From Terriglobia bacterium (lineage in GTDB: Bacteria > Acidobacteriota > Terriglobia > JAJPHL01 > JAPKYU01): 64,000 bases of DNA. This document shows positions 31,420-41,954 of this stretch, in pieces. The stretch lies in assembly GCA_965206645.1 (NCBI GenBank), contig CBDBKE010000004.1:1216001-1280000 (forward strand), read 5' to 3'. The translations under genes were made by a program, and so were the position numbers. The notes below the pieces were generated by a model. It had not been told where the DNA came from and did no database searches. It saw only the letters and a list, made by a program, of their open reading frames with translations. Within the stretch, counting starts at the first letter, position 1. Each line of letters begins with the position of its first letter.

Positions 31420-32748
31420 CTAGCCGTCTGGCAGCGGCAGTGCCGAGATCGTTCGCAGCATGCTGCTGAACAGCCTCCGGCTCAAGTGCCCTTCGGCCAG
31501 CAAAAGCCAGTAATATCGCGCATGTTTCACCAGCCGTCCTCCCGTTTTCACCAACCGCTGTTGCAAGCTCGTCAGGGACCAGTTCCCGATTCTCTGTGGC
31601 AGCACCAGTCGCCGCCACAGGTTGCCGAGATTATAGGCAATGATGGTGAGCCACAGCCGGACCTCGTTCGACCGGAACCGGTGACAACTGAGCCGCGTCA
31701 TCTTCACTGCTTGCTTTCCTTCTTTGATCCACTGCTCCGCTGTCCCCCGCTTGTTGTAAAACCGCATCACCGCCCGACTTGGCAGAGTCAAGTTCGTAAC
31801 GATAAACCCTACTCGCGGGAACAGCTCCCCTGGATGATGCTCCACCTTGGCCACCACCCTGCGGGCTGTCTTCCAACTGGCCGCTTGGTATAGAAAGCCC
31901 TTGAACTCCACCAACGGCTTCTTGCTGGGTCTCCCCACCGGCCGAGTCAGCAACTCCTCAATGTCCCGCTGTAGGCTGTCGTTAGCCGGGATGCGGATGG
32001 CGTACTTTACCTCCCGCTCCTCCAGAGCCTCGTAAATCTCCGGCTTGGCAAAGGCCGCGTCGGCACGAAACACCACTTCCTTGCCCAGCTGCTGCTGCCG
32101 CTCGATCTCCGGCAGGAGAAGTTCTTTCCAGTCCTCGGCGCTGTGCACGTTGCCCGGTCGCAGCTTGGCCGCCAGACAGTCACCCTCGCGATTGAACAGC
32201 AACAACGGGTGATAGCAGCTCGACTCGAAATGCCCGTTGTAGGCACTCTGCTCCTGCTGGCCGTAGACCGGAATCTCGGTCGAGTCCATGTCCAGCACCA
32301 CCCGTTGCGGGGAATCCATAGCTTCCGCCCTGGCGATTAAATCCCGGTTGATCGCTGCCAAACCAGCCAGGTTCTCATCTTGCGTCAGTAGTTCTGTCTC
32401 GAACGATTGCAGCCGGGAAGTCAACGCGGCTCCTCGCTCCCAGATCTTTTCTGAACCGATCAGCCGGAACGTCGGATCTTGAGAGAGCCGTTCCGCGTCA
32501 TTCATATCTTCGTAACCCGCCAAGCGGCTGTACACGGACTGGCGCAGGAGGTCAGCAAAGGGCAACCGTGTGTTCTTTCTCCGAGGATCGGCCAAGTGCT
32601 GTTTGATGAGTTCTCCGAATCCCAAATGTTCGTCTGATTCGCGCACGAGGATCAGGCCGCCGTCGGAAGTAACCCGCGACCCCTGGAAATCGACCTTCAA
32701 TGCAGCATTGAAAGAGAACTGAAAGGGCTGATTTTGCCTCTCACCCAC
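31420..32748 (-). CDS. IS1380 family transposase
   Basis: TSDGG, LDMDST, YNGHF..YHPLL, LRPGNVHS, RADAAF, YNKRGTAEQWIKE. Confidence 0.95.
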   Translation of the reverse strand: MGERQNQPFQFSFNAALKVDFQGSRVTSDGGLILVRESDEHLGFGELIKQHLADPRRKNTRLPFADLLRQSVYSRLAGYEDMNDAERLSQDPTFRLIGSEKIWERGAALTSRLQSFETELLTQDENLAGLAAINRDLIARAEAMDSPQRVVLDMDSTEIPVYGQQEQSAYNGHFESSCYHPLLLFNREGDCLAAKLRPGNVHSAEDWKELLLPEIERQQQLGKEVVFRADAAFAKPEIYEALEEREVKYAIRIPANDSLQRDIEELLTRPVGRPSKKPLVEFKGFLYQAASWKTARRVVAKVEHHPGELFPRVGFIVTNLTLPSRAVMRFYNKRGTAEQWIKEGKQAVKMTRLSCHRFRSNEVRLWLTIIAYNLGNLWRRLVLPQRIGNWSLTSLQQRLVKTGGRLVKHARYYWLLLAEGHLSRRLFSSMLRTISALPLPDG

Positions 32749-32852
32749 TCGGTTTCTACCTCCGGAAGCTGTATTGACGCTGGAACCGGCATAAATATTG
32801 GCGTCGGAGGTCAGTATAAGGTTAGCTTTGGAGTTTTAAAACGGAAATCCGG

Positions 32853-33689
32853 GGGAAGTGTTTCCCTGTCGTTGGCCTGGTTTTGGTTGCGGATGTGGAG
32901 GATCAGCCGACCTTCGGCCGCTTCAACAGCGTGCAGTTCGTGATAGTGCTTGCGGCTATCTCCGGCTCGGGTAGGGATTTCTGCCAGCCAACGCCAGGTT
33001 TGCCCGTCGTTGGTGGACTCGCATACGCCGATCCGCCCCGTGCCGTATCCCATCTGCTTGCCGGCATAAAGCAGGCGGCCGTCGGAAAGCTGAATGGGTC
33101 CGTGAGGACTGTTAACCGGGCAGCGATATGGCGCCGACCAGCTGCCGCCGCCGTCAACTGAACGGATCATCCAACCACCCAATAGGGCTTCGCGCTGTGC
33201 CGCGTCCAGGCGCCGTAGCGCTGCCCGCCAGCGTTGGAGTTTTTCTCTGGGCCACGTACCCTTCTGAGAGGGTTCCATCTTCTCCGCTTGTCGCAAGATC
33301 GATTCGTACCCCAGGAAGGTGAAAGTCGTCACCAGGATCGTGCCCTTGGCGGTTTCCAGTACCCCGGCATCGCGATCGTCGATGGCGCTGTCCCACAGCA
33401 CGCATGGCCAACTCCAGGTACGCCCCCCGTCCTTGGACCGCATTAACTCCAACCGCCCGAACGGACACACGTGTGCCTCGCGCCCCCCGGAATAGACCAG
33501 CAGCAGCTCGCCGTTGCGGCGACGAGTTATCGTAGGCCAACCGTGGTACAGGTCCGGCTGCTGGCTGATGACGCTATTGGGATCGACCTGGACTCGCGGC
33601 GCCGCAACGCCGTGCCGCTTTAGCCCCAACACCAGCCCCGCTGCAACGCCCGCGCCCAATACCTGGCGCCGACTCATTGTTCCTGGCAT
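32853..33689 (-). pseudogene. BNR/Asp-box sialidase-family protein (Tat signal), C-terminally truncated by IS1380
   Basis: SRRQVL Tat motif; Asp-boxes SKDGGRTW, SVDGGGSW, STNDGQTW; frame runs into the IS end after RETLP. Confidence 0.8.
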
Positions 33690-33826
33690 GGAGGCACCTC
33701 TGTGCAGTCGATATGCTTGCAAACCTCGGTAACCGACTTAAGGTTCTCTGTTGTTCCGACCCCAGCCCTGGAAATTGGCTTTCTGCGGGCCGACCTGTAG
33801 ATCTTATCTCCGGGAGCTTGGCGAAA

Positions 33827-33896
33827 TCAAAGCAGCCAACTCAAAGCAACCAGCTCAAAGCAACGGGCTCAAAGCAACCAATTCAAAGCAATCAGC
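33827..33896. repeat. Tandem repeat, 5 x 14 bp (TCAAAGCA-N6)
   Basis: tcaaagcagccaac / tcaaagcaaccagc / tcaaagcaacgggc / tcaaagcaaccaat / tcaaagcaatcagc. Confidence 0.9.
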
Positions 33897-33910
33897 AAGG
33901 ACGCCTGCGC

Positions 33911-35419
33911 TTATGTCTCAGATAGTCGAGGCCGGCCCCAAAGCGTGAGTTCAGCTCGTCCGAGGGGTCCACCGTGCGTAGTGCCAAGGAGCAGACTGGC
34001 GATGTAGCCGACCCCAGCGCAGCTCCCAAAACAGACTGGGAAGTAATGGATGAAGTGCAGGTCAATGCTTCGCTGCAGCCAAAGCGTCACGGGGACGGCG
34101 ACCACCAGGCCGATGAGCCAACCACGAAAGTTGACTCGCCTGGTGAGCATTCCCAATAGAAACAAGGCCAGGATCGGCCCGCCAAACAAACCCAGAAACT
34201 TAGACGAAGCCTCAAGAATCTGACCCGCGCATGTGACATAGAATGCCACGACGGTCGCAAAGCTTCCGAGGAGCAGGGTCAGAAGCCGAGCGAGTTTTAC
34301 ATCATGCTGCTCGCTACGCGCCCTGGTGCGTAGCGGTCGAACGAAGTCGTTGACGAGAACGGTCGCCACCGAATTGATCCCCGAATCCACGCTGGACATC
34401 GCGGCCGCAAAGATTGCCGTGATCAGCAGACCGGAAACGCCCTGCGGAAGCGCGTGCATGATGTAGTAAGGGAGGACCCCATCGCTGGTGATTCCTGCCG
34501 CCAGTTCAGAAGGAAACGTTTGGAAGTAGGCGAACAGCCCAAGGCCCATGTAGAGCAGCAAGCTCACCATGAACAGCTGGGCCATGGCATTGAAAATGGT
34601 GGCCTTGGCCATGCCGCGAAACGTCTTCACCGCCATCAGCCGTTGGACGGTAATCTGGTCGGTGCCGTAATCGTGCATAAGTTGAAAGAGATAGGAAACG
34701 CCCACAGCGATTCCAGTCATTTCCGTCAGGCTGAACCTCCAGTCGATGACGCGCAGATGATCTGTCGTTCGAGCGATCTCCCATATGGATCCTAGGCCAC
34801 CAGGGACAGAAGCCGTCAGGCTAAGGGCCACCCACAAGGCTCCCCCAACCAGGATCAGAAACTGCACCAGATCCGTCCATAACACAGCTGAAAGCCCGCC
34901 CAATGCAGTATAGGTAGTGGCGAGAATTCCCATCAGGAGAATCGCCAGCCAAAGCGGAATCCCGGTGACGATGGAAAGCGCCAGCGACGGCGCATAGATC
35001 ACTGTGCCAAGCCATCCTAGCCTAGCCAGTACGAAAAGCCCGGAGACCGTCAGCCGGGCCGGTTGCCCATAGCGCTGCAGGACGTACTCGTATGAGGTCG
35101 TTACGTTCAAGACACGATAGAAGGGATAGAAGACGAAGATCAAAATCGGAGCGACAATCAGACTGAGAGGCCCCACCATCAGGAGCGCGATATTTTCCTT
35201 GTACGCCGTCCCTGGAATTCCCATGTAGGAGATGGCGCTCGTGAGGGAGGCAAACATGCTCATGCCTACCACCAGCCATGGCATCCTGCGCCCTGCCAGG
35301 AAGTAATCTTCGCTCGTCTTCTGCTTCCTGGCGAACAAGGCTCCGACGCTGACCACCATGGCCAGATAGGTAAACAGGACCACGTAATTCAAAGTGCCGA
35401 ACCCAGTTGGAGAGTCCAC
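33911..35419 (-). CDS. Sodium:solute symporter (SiaT-like SSS family)
   Basis: EDYFLAGR, SAISYMGIPG, GGLSAVLWTD, DQITVQR, AAAMSS. Confidence 0.9.
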   Translation of the reverse strand: MDSPTGFGTLNYVVLFTYLAMVVSVGALFARKQKTSEDYFLAGRRMPWLVVGMSMFASLTSAISYMGIPGTAYKENIALLMVGPLSLIVAPILIFVFYPFYRVLNVTTSYEYVLQRYGQPARLTVSGLFVLARLGWLGTVIYAPSLALSIVTGIPLWLAILLMGILATTYTALGGLSAVLWTDLVQFLILVGGALWVALSLTASVPGGLGSIWEIARTTDHLRVIDWRFSLTEMTGIAVGVSYLFQLMHDYGTDQITVQRLMAVKTFRGMAKATIFNAMAQLFMVSLLLYMGLGLFAYFQTFPSELAAGITSDGVLPYYIMHALPQGVSGLLITAIFAAAMSSVDSGINSVATVLVNDFVRPLRTRARSEQHDVKLARLLTLLLGSFATVVAFYVTCAGQILEASSKFLGLFGGPILALFLLGMLTRRVNFRGWLIGLVVAVPVTLWLQRSIDLHFIHYFPVCFGSCAGVGYIASLLLGTTHGGPLGRAELTLWGRPRLSET

Positions 35420-35540
35420 AGTTATCGGCCTTTCGCTGATGCTTTGCCGTTATAACAAATCGTGACGAAACCCTTCGCAAGTCGAAGCGTCTGTAGGTTT
35501 CTGCTTGACCCAAGCGGCGGGGTCCAGCTTGACGTTTGCC

Positions 35541-36299
35541 CTAGATTCCCTTCGCGGTCCAACCGCCATCGACGGGCAAGTCACAGCCGGTAATATATGC
35601 CGACGCCTCCGAGGCGAAAAAGATGCAGGGGCCGACCAACTCCTCAGGTTTACCCCAACGCTCCATCATTGATCGGCTCGAACGCGCGGCCCGTTTCACT
35701 GGATCGGCCCAGCTCGCGGCCGTCATGGCGGTCAGGGAGTAGCCCGGGAAGATGTTGTTGATGCGGATGTTGTGCTGCGCATAATCCCGGGCCATTGCCT
35801 TGGTGAGCTGTCGAAGCCCTCCCTTGGCGGCTTGGTAAGACGGATTATCGGGAAATCCGAGCAGCGCTGCCACACTGCAGAAATTGATGATCGAACCGCC
35901 CCCGGATTGTTTCATCGCAGCGATGACGTCGCGGCTCAGCAAGAAGACTGAGCGAAGATTCACGTTGAGTGTTCGGTCCCACGTTTCTTCAGCGTAGGGA
36001 TCTTCTCCGCCCAAAGCGATTGCCGCGTTATTTATGAGGACGTCGATTCGGCCGAATTTGCTCATCGTAGCGTCTCGGATTCGCTCAGCCGCACCCGGTC
36101 CTGCAACATCGCATTGGATAGCAAGCGCCCGTTCTGCGGGCTGCTCACGCACGCGCTCGACCATGTCGGCCGATCTCGCAACAAAGACGACACGTGATCC
36201 GTGATCCAGAAACGCTTCGGCAACCACGCGGCCGATGCCACGGCTGGCGCCCGTGACGATGACGACTTTGTCTTTGACGGAAAAAAGAGAGGCATTCAT
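35541..36299 (-). CDS. SDR family oxidoreductase (KduD/gluconate 5-dehydrogenase-like)
   Basis: TGASRGIG, INNAA, YQAAK, VDGGW. Confidence 0.9.
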   Translation of the reverse strand: MNASLFSVKDKVVIVTGASRGIGRVVAEAFLDHGSRVVFVARSADMVERVREQPAERALAIQCDVAGPGAAERIRDATMSKFGRIDVLINNAAIALGGEDPYAEETWDRTLNVNLRSVFLLSRDVIAAMKQSGGGSIINFCSVAALLGFPDNPSYQAAKGGLRQLTKAMARDYAQHNIRINNIFPGYSLTAMTAASWADPVKRAARSSRSMMERWGKPEELVGPCIFFASEASAYITGCDLPVDGGWTAKGI

Positions 36300-36313
36300 C
36301 GTTACCTCCACTG

Positions 36314-37669
36314 CTAGGTGCGGGCTTGCGGCAGCATCTCGTCGATGACACTGCCTACCACATCTACCGCTTCTACCAGAGCGTCCTGCTCGATGTTCAG
36401 GGGCGGCGTGAACTTGAGGAACCCTCTCCCGGTAACGAATAGCATGACTCCCCTCCGCACACCCTCCATTGCCATCTCATCGCACAGTTCGGCTAACGGT
36501 TCTGCTGTCTCAGGATCCTTCAGATGAAGGGAGTAAAACAGTCCACGGCCGTCCAGCCGACCAACGTACTGGCCGTATCTCTCCGTCTTCTTCCGAAGAA
36601 GGTCACCCAGTTGTTGCCCCAACGCAGCCGAACGTTCCACGAGCTTTTCATCCTGCATGACGTCGAGATTTGCCAGCACAGCCGCGGCGCTCACAGGATT
36701 TCCTCCGAAGGTGCTTGACATTTCACCCGGCTCCGCTAGATCCATGACGTCTTTTCGTCCAATAACCGCCGAAGCCGGAAGGGTGGAGCTCAAACCTTTG
36801 CCGCAGGCGATTAGATCCGGCGTAATGCCGTAGTGCTCAAAAGCAAACCAGCGGCCTGTCCGACCGATGCCGGCCTGCACTTCATCCACCGCGACGAGCG
36901 CCCTTTGTTTTTGCGCCCAGTGCATCAACTCATCCATGTACCCCGGAGGATACGGGGTCGTTGAGTAGCCAGGAATGGATTCCAAAATAATTCCCGCTGT
37001 GGTTTCCGAGTGGACGCCGCTCTGCTCCACGTCAGCTTCGAAGCCTTGGGATTCCGCACCCCCCGGAATGGGGAGTTGTATCTGATCAACGGACGCGCGA
37101 TCCAGGCCGTCTGTCGGTCCGGGAGAACCACCTGCGAACTTTGCAGAGAGCGTTCGGCCGTGATAGGAGCTTTCGATGGAAAGGATGCCAACCTTGTTAG
37201 GCGATATTGCCAAGCCATGTTTTCTCATCAGGCTGATGCAACATTCGGTCGCCTCGGTCCCCGAGGAAAACAGGATGGCTTTGTCCAGTCCGGGCGCTGC
37301 AATTGACGCGATGCGCTGCAGTGCGCGTTCTCGGACCTCCGTGGGAAATGCATAAGTGAAAATGAGCCCGGAGTCGAGCTGATCCCGGATCGCCTGCACC
37401 ACTCGCGGATGACAGTGGCCCGAGTTGGCCATCACGATGCCACTCGTCAGGTCGATCCACTGGTTACCGTAAGGGTCTCGGATGAGAAAGCCTTCGGCTT
37501 GGTGCCAAACGACCGGGGGCATACCGTGAATCGACCGCGCTTCCACCTTTCGCAGACGCTCAATCAACTCAATCGATTCTGGGACGGGGATCGGTGTACG
37601 AATACGGCGGTATCTGGTCTGGACCGGCTCGGTTGGAACCGGCGTCAAGCTGCTGACTTGGATCGGCAT
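36314..37669 (-). CDS. Class III PLP-dependent aminotransferase
   Basis: SGTEA, SYHGRT, DEVQAGIGRTG, GKGL, STFGGNP, PPL. Confidence 0.9.
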   Translation of the reverse strand: MPIQVSSLTPVPTEPVQTRYRRIRTPIPVPESIELIERLRKVEARSIHGMPPVVWHQAEGFLIRDPYGNQWIDLTSGIVMANSGHCHPRVVQAIRDQLDSGLIFTYAFPTEVRERALQRIASIAAPGLDKAILFSSGTEATECCISLMRKHGLAISPNKVGILSIESSYHGRTLSAKFAGGSPGPTDGLDRASVDQIQLPIPGGAESQGFEADVEQSGVHSETTAGIILESIPGYSTTPYPPGYMDELMHWAQKQRALVAVDEVQAGIGRTGRWFAFEHYGITPDLIACGKGLSSTLPASAVIGRKDVMDLAEPGEMSSTFGGNPVSAAAVLANLDVMQDEKLVERSAALGQQLGDLLRKKTERYGQYVGRLDGRGLFYSLHLKDPETAEPLAELCDEMAMEGVRRGVMLFVTGRGFLKFTPPLNIEQDALVEAVDVVGSVIDEMLPQART

Positions 37670-37673
37670 AATT

Positions 37674-38924
37674 CTACGGATGCTCGAAAGTTAGACGCCT
37701 CTTCGCGGCCGCTCCTCGTCCGAGGTGGAATGAATTCCGAGCGGGTTTCAACCAATCGGCTCCGTCGGTCAGCCATTCTAAATTGAAGCGGGCCAGCACC
37801 ATCTTGGAGTATTGGTCGGCTTCGTACAAGCAAAGGATGGTCATGTCGTCAGCGATCGCCAGGTCAGAGTACGCCGCCGAACCCTGGTAAACGACTTTCG
37901 AGACAGGCCACGTCCGGCACTCGTCGCGGCTCATCCGCACGGTGAACTGTTTTCTATCCGTCTGGCTGGACGGATGAGCAAGCAGGACACGATTCTTCGA
38001 GAATCGCTTTTGGTCGGTGAAGCGAATCAAACTCCCCTGGCAAGACGGCTCAGGCAGGCTTTGATCAAATTGCACCTTCGACCAAGTGAGCCCACCGTCT
38101 TTACTCCAGGCGAAGGCCCGCATCTTCTTTTCCTGGCGGCTGCGCATGTTCATATAAACGGAACCGTCTGCAGTTTCTACGGCCATGGCCTCATCCGACA
38201 GGTCCATATCTAAGGAGTCGCCACGCTTCCAAGTGACCCCGTGGTCGTCGCTATACATCGCATAAGAAAACTGTTTTCCGCCCCAGTTCGGCCTGGGCCA
38301 GGTTGCCGGGCCCGGGCTCGTATCTCCCCAACTCGGAACCAGAAGTCTCCCGCTACTGAGCTGAATTCCGTGGCCCGGACCACTTCCGAAATAGCTCCAT
38401 CTGGGGTTGGCGACATCCCGGCTGATATCCATTGGCTCGGACCACGTGGCCCCGTCGTCTGCGGTTTTCGTGACAAAGACACGTTGGTTATTCCTGCAGA
38501 ACACAAGCACGACCTCGCCAGTATGCCGGTCTAGTACCGGCGCTGGCTGATTGACCGACTCCGAGCCATAGTCAAACAGCACCCTCAGGTCCTGCCACGT
38601 CTTTCCCCCATCGAAACTTCGTTTGAGCACGAGATCGATCTCTGCGTCATCGCGACAAATTGCTTTCCTAGCTTCCGCGAAGGCCAGAATTGTGCCCTCA
38701 GCTGTAACGACGAGAGCCGGTATTCGAAAACAGTGATAGCCGGCCTCCCCGGCGGAGAACACCGTCACCTGCTCAAAAATGGGAGGGTTCTTGCCTTCGA
38801 TTTCCTTACCTTCGTTATCCGATTGGCGGCAGCTCCCCAGGAGGCCCAGCAGCAACAGCGTAGAAACCAGAAAACTTATTCCAAAGAAGGGCGTCCAGAA
38901 AAGTGGCATAGTGTGCACATTCAT
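37674..38924 (-). CDS. Sialidase (GH33 family), probable lipoprotein
   Basis: FRIP motif, FAEAR, Asp-boxes SFDGGKTW / SDDHGVTW / SKDGGLTW, CQGS, AYSDL; LLGSC lipobox. Confidence 0.88.
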   Translation of the reverse strand: MNVHTMPLFWTPFFGISFLVSTLLLLGLLGSCRQSDNEGKEIEGKNPPIFEQVTVFSAGEAGYHCFRIPALVVTAEGTILAFAEARKAICRDDAEIDLVLKRSFDGGKTWQDLRVLFDYGSESVNQPAPVLDRHTGEVVLVFCRNNQRVFVTKTADDGATWSEPMDISRDVANPRWSYFGSGPGHGIQLSSGRLLVPSWGDTSPGPATWPRPNWGGKQFSYAMYSDDHGVTWKRGDSLDMDLSDEAMAVETADGSVYMNMRSRQEKKMRAFAWSKDGGLTWSKVQFDQSLPEPSCQGSLIRFTDQKRFSKNRVLLAHPSSQTDRKQFTVRMSRDECRTWPVSKVVYQGSAAYSDLAIADDMTILCLYEADQYSKMVLARFNLEWLTDGADWLKPARNSFHLGRGAAAKRRLTFEHP

Positions 38925-39901
38925 GAAGCTCGGCGCGCGCTTTCCTCCCGAGCAGGGGCGTCAAGGATGCCCGGAACGCCACTCTCGATCAGCATCTGAC
39001 GGGCTCGCTCCCGGAACTTGTCGCGAACGTCGCGCGTCGGTGGACGACAGCGGCTGGAGGGCAAGCCAACTAGTTCCATGCACAGTTTGTCCAGGTAGCC
39101 ATCGCCACCGGTGTACTGCATCATCTCCTTCCAAAGAATGTAGAACGGCATGGCGACACGGACGAGTTCCTTCTGCGCGTCGACGTACTCGTGGTTCTCC
39201 AGAAGTTTCCAGAGCCGCACCCCCCACTGAGGCCAGTAGTTGCAGATGTGAACCTCGATGCCCCGAGCGCCGAGGATGTGGCTGGTCACGAACCGAAGCT
39301 GGTTGTCGATGATACAGAGCCTATCCGCGAAACGAGAAATAACCTGTTCTGATTCCATGAAGTTCGCGGTGGGCACGGCCCATTTGAGGCCGACCAGGTT
39401 GGGCAGCTCGCAAAGCCGTTCAATCATCTTCAGCGAGACGTTCTGGCTTGTCCAGAAGGTGTTGTAGACCACGATTCCTATGTCTGCGGCTTCTGCTGCC
39501 GCCACTGCGTATTCGTAAAAATCTTCCTCCGTGTGCATGTGATAGTAGGGCGGCGAAACCTGCACATACTCGGCACCGAGCCGTTCGGCAGCGCGGACTA
39601 GTTCAACCAGCTCCCGAGTATTTGTTGTCTGCGCACCCATCACGACGGCAATCTTGCCGTCCGCTTCCTCGATAATCGCCTCGGCCACGCGCAAGCGCTC
39701 ATCGAAACTCATCACGGGAAAATCGCCCGCCGCCCCGACGGCTAGTATGACGCCGGTGCTTTCATTGATGCCGGCATCAATCAGAAACCGGACATGCTGC
39801 CGGGTGGCCTCCAGGTCCACTGCCAGATCTTCGTCGCGGAACATGGTTGGAACCGTCACGTAGCATCCGGAAAGGCGATTTCGGGCTCTCTCTCGATCCA
39901 T
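38921..39901 (-). CDS. Dihydrodipicolinate synthase / N-acetylneuraminate lyase family aldolase
   Basis: GAAGDF, SFDER, PPYY, VYN, VGLKW (Schiff-base Lys). Confidence 0.85.
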   Translation of the reverse strand: MDRERARNRLSGCYVTVPTMFRDEDLAVDLEATRQHVRFLIDAGINESTGVILAVGAAGDFPVMSFDERLRVAEAIIEEADGKIAVVMGAQTTNTRELVELVRAAERLGAEYVQVSPPYYHMHTEEDFYEYAVAAAEAADIGIVVYNTFWTSQNVSLKMIERLCELPNLVGLKWAVPTANFMESEQVISRFADRLCIIDNQLRFVTSHILGARGIEVHICNYWPQWGVRLWKLLENHEYVDAQKELVRVAMPFYILWKEMMQYTGGDGYLDKLCMELVGLPSSRCRPPTRDVRDKFRERARQMLIESGVPGILDAPAREESARRAS

Positions 39902-40058
39902 AAGAATTTTTCCTAGCACCAATGATTTGCCGCCGCCACACGCTAGGGACCGAGGGCAAGGGCGACAGTTGGGCAGTAAAGCCTGCCAGATCGCAGGGGC
40001 ATTCTATAGACAATCAATAGAGGGGACAAGGCAGAGGCAGATCCACACATGCCCCAAC

Positions 40059-41582
40059 TCACCAGAAGTAGATGTAGATCGCGACGGTCGTCAGGACGAG
40101 TATCCCGCCGACAACCTTGATTTGCGGGGTTGTCCTTAGATCAATATCTGCGCGGACAGGGAGCTTCTTGACTTCGGTGAGAGGTCTCCACCAGGTGTAG
40201 GCGAGCATCACCAAGCACGTGAGGACAAGCGCGATGGCCGATGCGTTAAGGAAAACCACATCGAATACCAGGAAGCTGACGGCGTATGCGAGGGGGGAAA
40301 ACAACATTCCCAGCACCGCCGCGCCCTGCGGTACCCGCTGGTAGAAAATGCCCAGAAGGAACACTGCGACGGTTCCCGGCCAGACGAAACTCCAGACCTG
40401 CTGCATGTAATCGTATATAGACTTGGAGTGGCGCAATTCCGGAGCAAGAATGCACGCGAAAATGACAAAGACGGCGGTTGCAATGCGACCGACCGTGATC
40501 AACTGACGGCCTCCAACGTGGCCTTTCACAAAGTGGCGATTGTAGATGTCGATGGTGAAGATTGTGGAAGCCGAGTTGAGCATGGAATCCAGAGAACTCA
40601 TCACTGCCCCCAGAAGCGCCGCAAAAATAATCCCTCTCAACCCGACGGGCAGCAGCTTCTTGATGAGAAAGGGAAACGCCAGATCACCTTGTTGGATTTC
40701 TGCGCCGTAGAGTTGAGCGGCCATGATTCCAGGAAAGACGACAAACAAGGGAATTAATAGTTTCAGAGATGCGGCGAAAAGCGCGCCTTTCTGCCCCTGT
40801 AAAAGACTCTTAGCGGCAAGGGTTCGCTGCGTGATGAACTGGTTGAATCCCCAGTATCCGAGCTGCGGTATCCACATTCCCAGAAGAAGGATGGTCCAAG
40901 GATACTCGGGGTGGTCGTAGGGGAGCGCGAGGTGAAGTTTGTCTTCGTTCTCTGCGAGAAATGATCCGAGGCCTCCGACCTTGGAAAGCCCGATGACCAT
41001 GACAATGGCACCGCCGAGGAGAAGGGTGATTCCCTGAATAAGGTCCGACCAAACGACGGCCTTCAGCCCTCCATAGACCGTATAGGCGCCCGCCAGGATT
41101 CCAATCATCCAGACGCCCAAGTAGAGGTCAACGCCAAAAATGCTTTGCAGGGCAAGCCCACCCGAGTAGAGGACGCCCGCCATGGCTGCCACGACGTACA
41201 TCACCATGAAGTAACCGGCCATAATCGAGCGCGCGGTAGGCCCGAAGCGGTATTCGAGATATTCGGGCATCGTGTAGATCCCGGCGCGCAGGAACTTCGG
41301 CAACAATACGAGAGCAATAAAAACGAGGACCGGGGCGGAGAGCCACTCGAAGCTGGCGATGGCCAGGCCCAAGCCATACCCTTTCCCCGCCATCCCCATG
41401 AAGTGCTCTGTGGAGATGTTCGACGCGATGAGCGAGAAACCGATGAGCCACCAGCTGAGGCCTCTTCCCGCGAGGAAGTAGTCTTCAGCGGAGTCTTCCT
41501 TTCGGGAAGCGTACAAGGAGATCGAAACGACGGCGCAGAGGAAGGCGACAAAAGTGAAGATATCAATTCCTGAAAGTTCCAT
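40059..41582 (-). CDS. Sodium:solute symporter (SGLT-like sugar SSS)
   Basis: EDYFLAGR, ASNISTEH, TMPEYLEYRF, NQFITQRTLAA, MSSLDS. Confidence 0.92.
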   Translation of the reverse strand: MELSGIDIFTFVAFLCAVVSISLYASRKEDSAEDYFLAGRGLSWWLIGFSLIASNISTEHFMGMAGKGYGLGLAIASFEWLSAPVLVFIALVLLPKFLRAGIYTMPEYLEYRFGPTARSIMAGYFMVMYVVAAMAGVLYSGGLALQSIFGVDLYLGVWMIGILAGAYTVYGGLKAVVWSDLIQGITLLLGGAIVMVIGLSKVGGLGSFLAENEDKLHLALPYDHPEYPWTILLLGMWIPQLGYWGFNQFITQRTLAAKSLLQGQKGALFAASLKLLIPLFVVFPGIMAAQLYGAEIQQGDLAFPFLIKKLLPVGLRGIIFAALLGAVMSSLDSMLNSASTIFTIDIYNRHFVKGHVGGRQLITVGRIATAVFVIFACILAPELRHSKSIYDYMQQVWSFVWPGTVAVFLLGIFYQRVPQGAAVLGMLFSPLAYAVSFLVFDVVFLNASAIALVLTCLVMLAYTWWRPLTEVKKLPVRADIDLRTTPQIKVVGGILVLTTVAIYIYFW

Positions 41583-41954
41583 AGGGTCCTGAAAATTCTA
41601 TAGGGACCGACGCTTGTACCAAACCACAACCTGGCTCGTCAAGAGCAGAGCGAAAAGCGAACGGTTGAGGATATCACCCTCGACGAAGTCCGCTTCCATT
41701 CATTCGAGGAGTCAGGGACCACCGTGGGGCAGATTGTAGACGCACACGTTGAAGCATCGGGGACGAGTCGAGTGGGCCTCCCCCCAGTACCGTTTTCCAA
41801 CCAGAGAAAAGGATGGCAGAGCAGTGGAACGAAGAAGGCGATGATCTGAGCTTGAGTCAACAGGGCCGCGTGGCGTACCCTTTCCCGCGCAGGGGAAGCT
41901 CAAATCGAGAATTCCGGTTAAACGCAATCCGGGTGAGAGAAGAGGATCAAAGTC

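Larger units (their letters stand above)
31196..32852 (-). mobile_element. IS1380 family insertion sequence, copy 1
   Basis: Ends CCGGAATTTCCATTT / AAAACGGAAATCCGG; boundaries defined by identity with the copy at 61615-63271. Confidence 0.93.

Noticed and set aside
33827-33896. Possible CRISPR array
   Set aside because: Unit is only 14 bp with no unique spacers, and no cas genes are present in the window
41620-41850. Open plus-strand frame in the divergent intergenic region
   Set aside because: No convincing start or RBS and no recognisable motif
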